Source: a bacterium (GTDB lineage: Bacteria > Eisenbacteria > RBG-16-71-46). From it: 15,570 nucleotides of DNA. The position numbers and the translations under genes were made by a program. Under the pieces are notes generated by a model, which made no database searches, was not told the DNA's origin, and saw only the letters and a list, made by a program, of their open reading frames with translations. Of this stretch, positions 15,073 to 15,570 are shown piece after piece. The number at the start of each line of letters is the position of its first letter. Position 1 is the stretch's first letter. Location of the stretch: the NCBI GenBank assembly GCA_043779265.1, contig JAYWEM010000188.1:1-15570 (forward strand), in the 5' to 3' direction.

Positions 15073-15570
15073 GTCCGCGCAAAGGCACCACGTTGCGGCC
15101 GAGCCCGCGCAAGCGCGACGAGAAGCCGAGCAGCGACTCCCTGCCGCGTCTGCTCGAGTTGCTCTTCCAGTCCCACCCATGGCACGGGCTCTCGGCCGGG
15201 TCGCAGGCGCCCGCGGTGTGCACCGTGTACATCGAGCTGGTGCCGTCGGACACGGTCAAATACGAGATCGACAAGCGCAGCGGCTTCCTCAAACTCGACC
15301 GCCCGCAGCGCTACTCGAGTCTGTCACCTGAGCCCTACGGCTTCATCCCGCGCACATTGTGTGGCGACTCCGTCGCCGCCTTCGCCGCCAAGGAGGCCGG
15401 TCGCAAGGGGCTCAAGGGCGATGCCGACCCACTCGATGTCTGCGTGCTGACCGAGCGCAATCTCAATCATGGCGGCGTCGTCGTGCGCGCGAAGCCGATC
15501 GGCGGGCTGCGGCTGTTCGATGGCCACGAGGTGGACGACAAGATCATCGCCGTGCTCGTGGGCGACCCGG
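15069..15570 (+). CDS. ppa: Soluble inorganic pyrophosphatase, family I (partial, runs off the window)
   Basis: Hand translation gives HPWHG, YIELVPSDTVKYEIDK, LDRPQ, YGFIPRT, GDADPLDVCVL, KPIGGLRLFD and DDKIIAV. Absent from the ORF track because there is no stop in the window. Confidence 0.95.
   Translation, partial: MSPRKGTTLRPSPRKRDEKPSSDSLPRLLELLFQSHPWHGLSAGSQAPAVCTVYIELVPSDTVKYEIDKRSGFLKLDRPQRYSSLSPEPYGFIPRTLCGDSVAAFAAKEAGRKGLKGDADPLDVCVLTERNLNHGGVVVRAKPIGGLRLFDGHEVDDKIIAVLVGDP

Noticed and set aside
1..15570. CRISPR array, tRNA/rRNA, IS element or prophage
   Set aside because: No spaced repeats, RNA-gene signatures, transposase or integrase motifs seen; intergenic gaps are short.

Overview
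Very GC-rich, gene-dense bacterial window with about 15 genes and no rRNA, tRNA, CRISPR array or mobile element that I can see. FlgD-Ig/T9SS-CTD-like tails and a DUF6029-like gene suggest an FCB-related lineage such as Ca. Eisenbacteria (inference only). Left to right: (-) a coupled run of a secreted glycoside-hydrolase-like protein, a family-5 uracil-DNA glycosylase and a HAMP/HisKA sensor kinase that is frameshifted at about 750 and runs off the window; (+) a KimA/YdaO-type APC K+ transporter and fabI; (-) a coupled thiol-redox operon (redoxin with sorting domain, TlpA, DUF6029-like outer-membrane barrel); (+) a secreted unknown protein with a sigma54-like promoter and a UMF1/ATG22-type MFS transporter; (-) a signal-anchored BECR-like nuclease-toxin domain coupled to a small acidic partner, then a Kv-beta-like aldo/keto reductase; (+) a cysteine-motif-less DUF547-like protein and a partial family-I pyrophosphatase. 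The best candidates for undescribed systems are a possible trans-outer-membrane dithiol relay (6274-9199) and a minimal toxin/immunity-like pair (13019-13869). All family calls come from motif recognition by eye, not from database searches.
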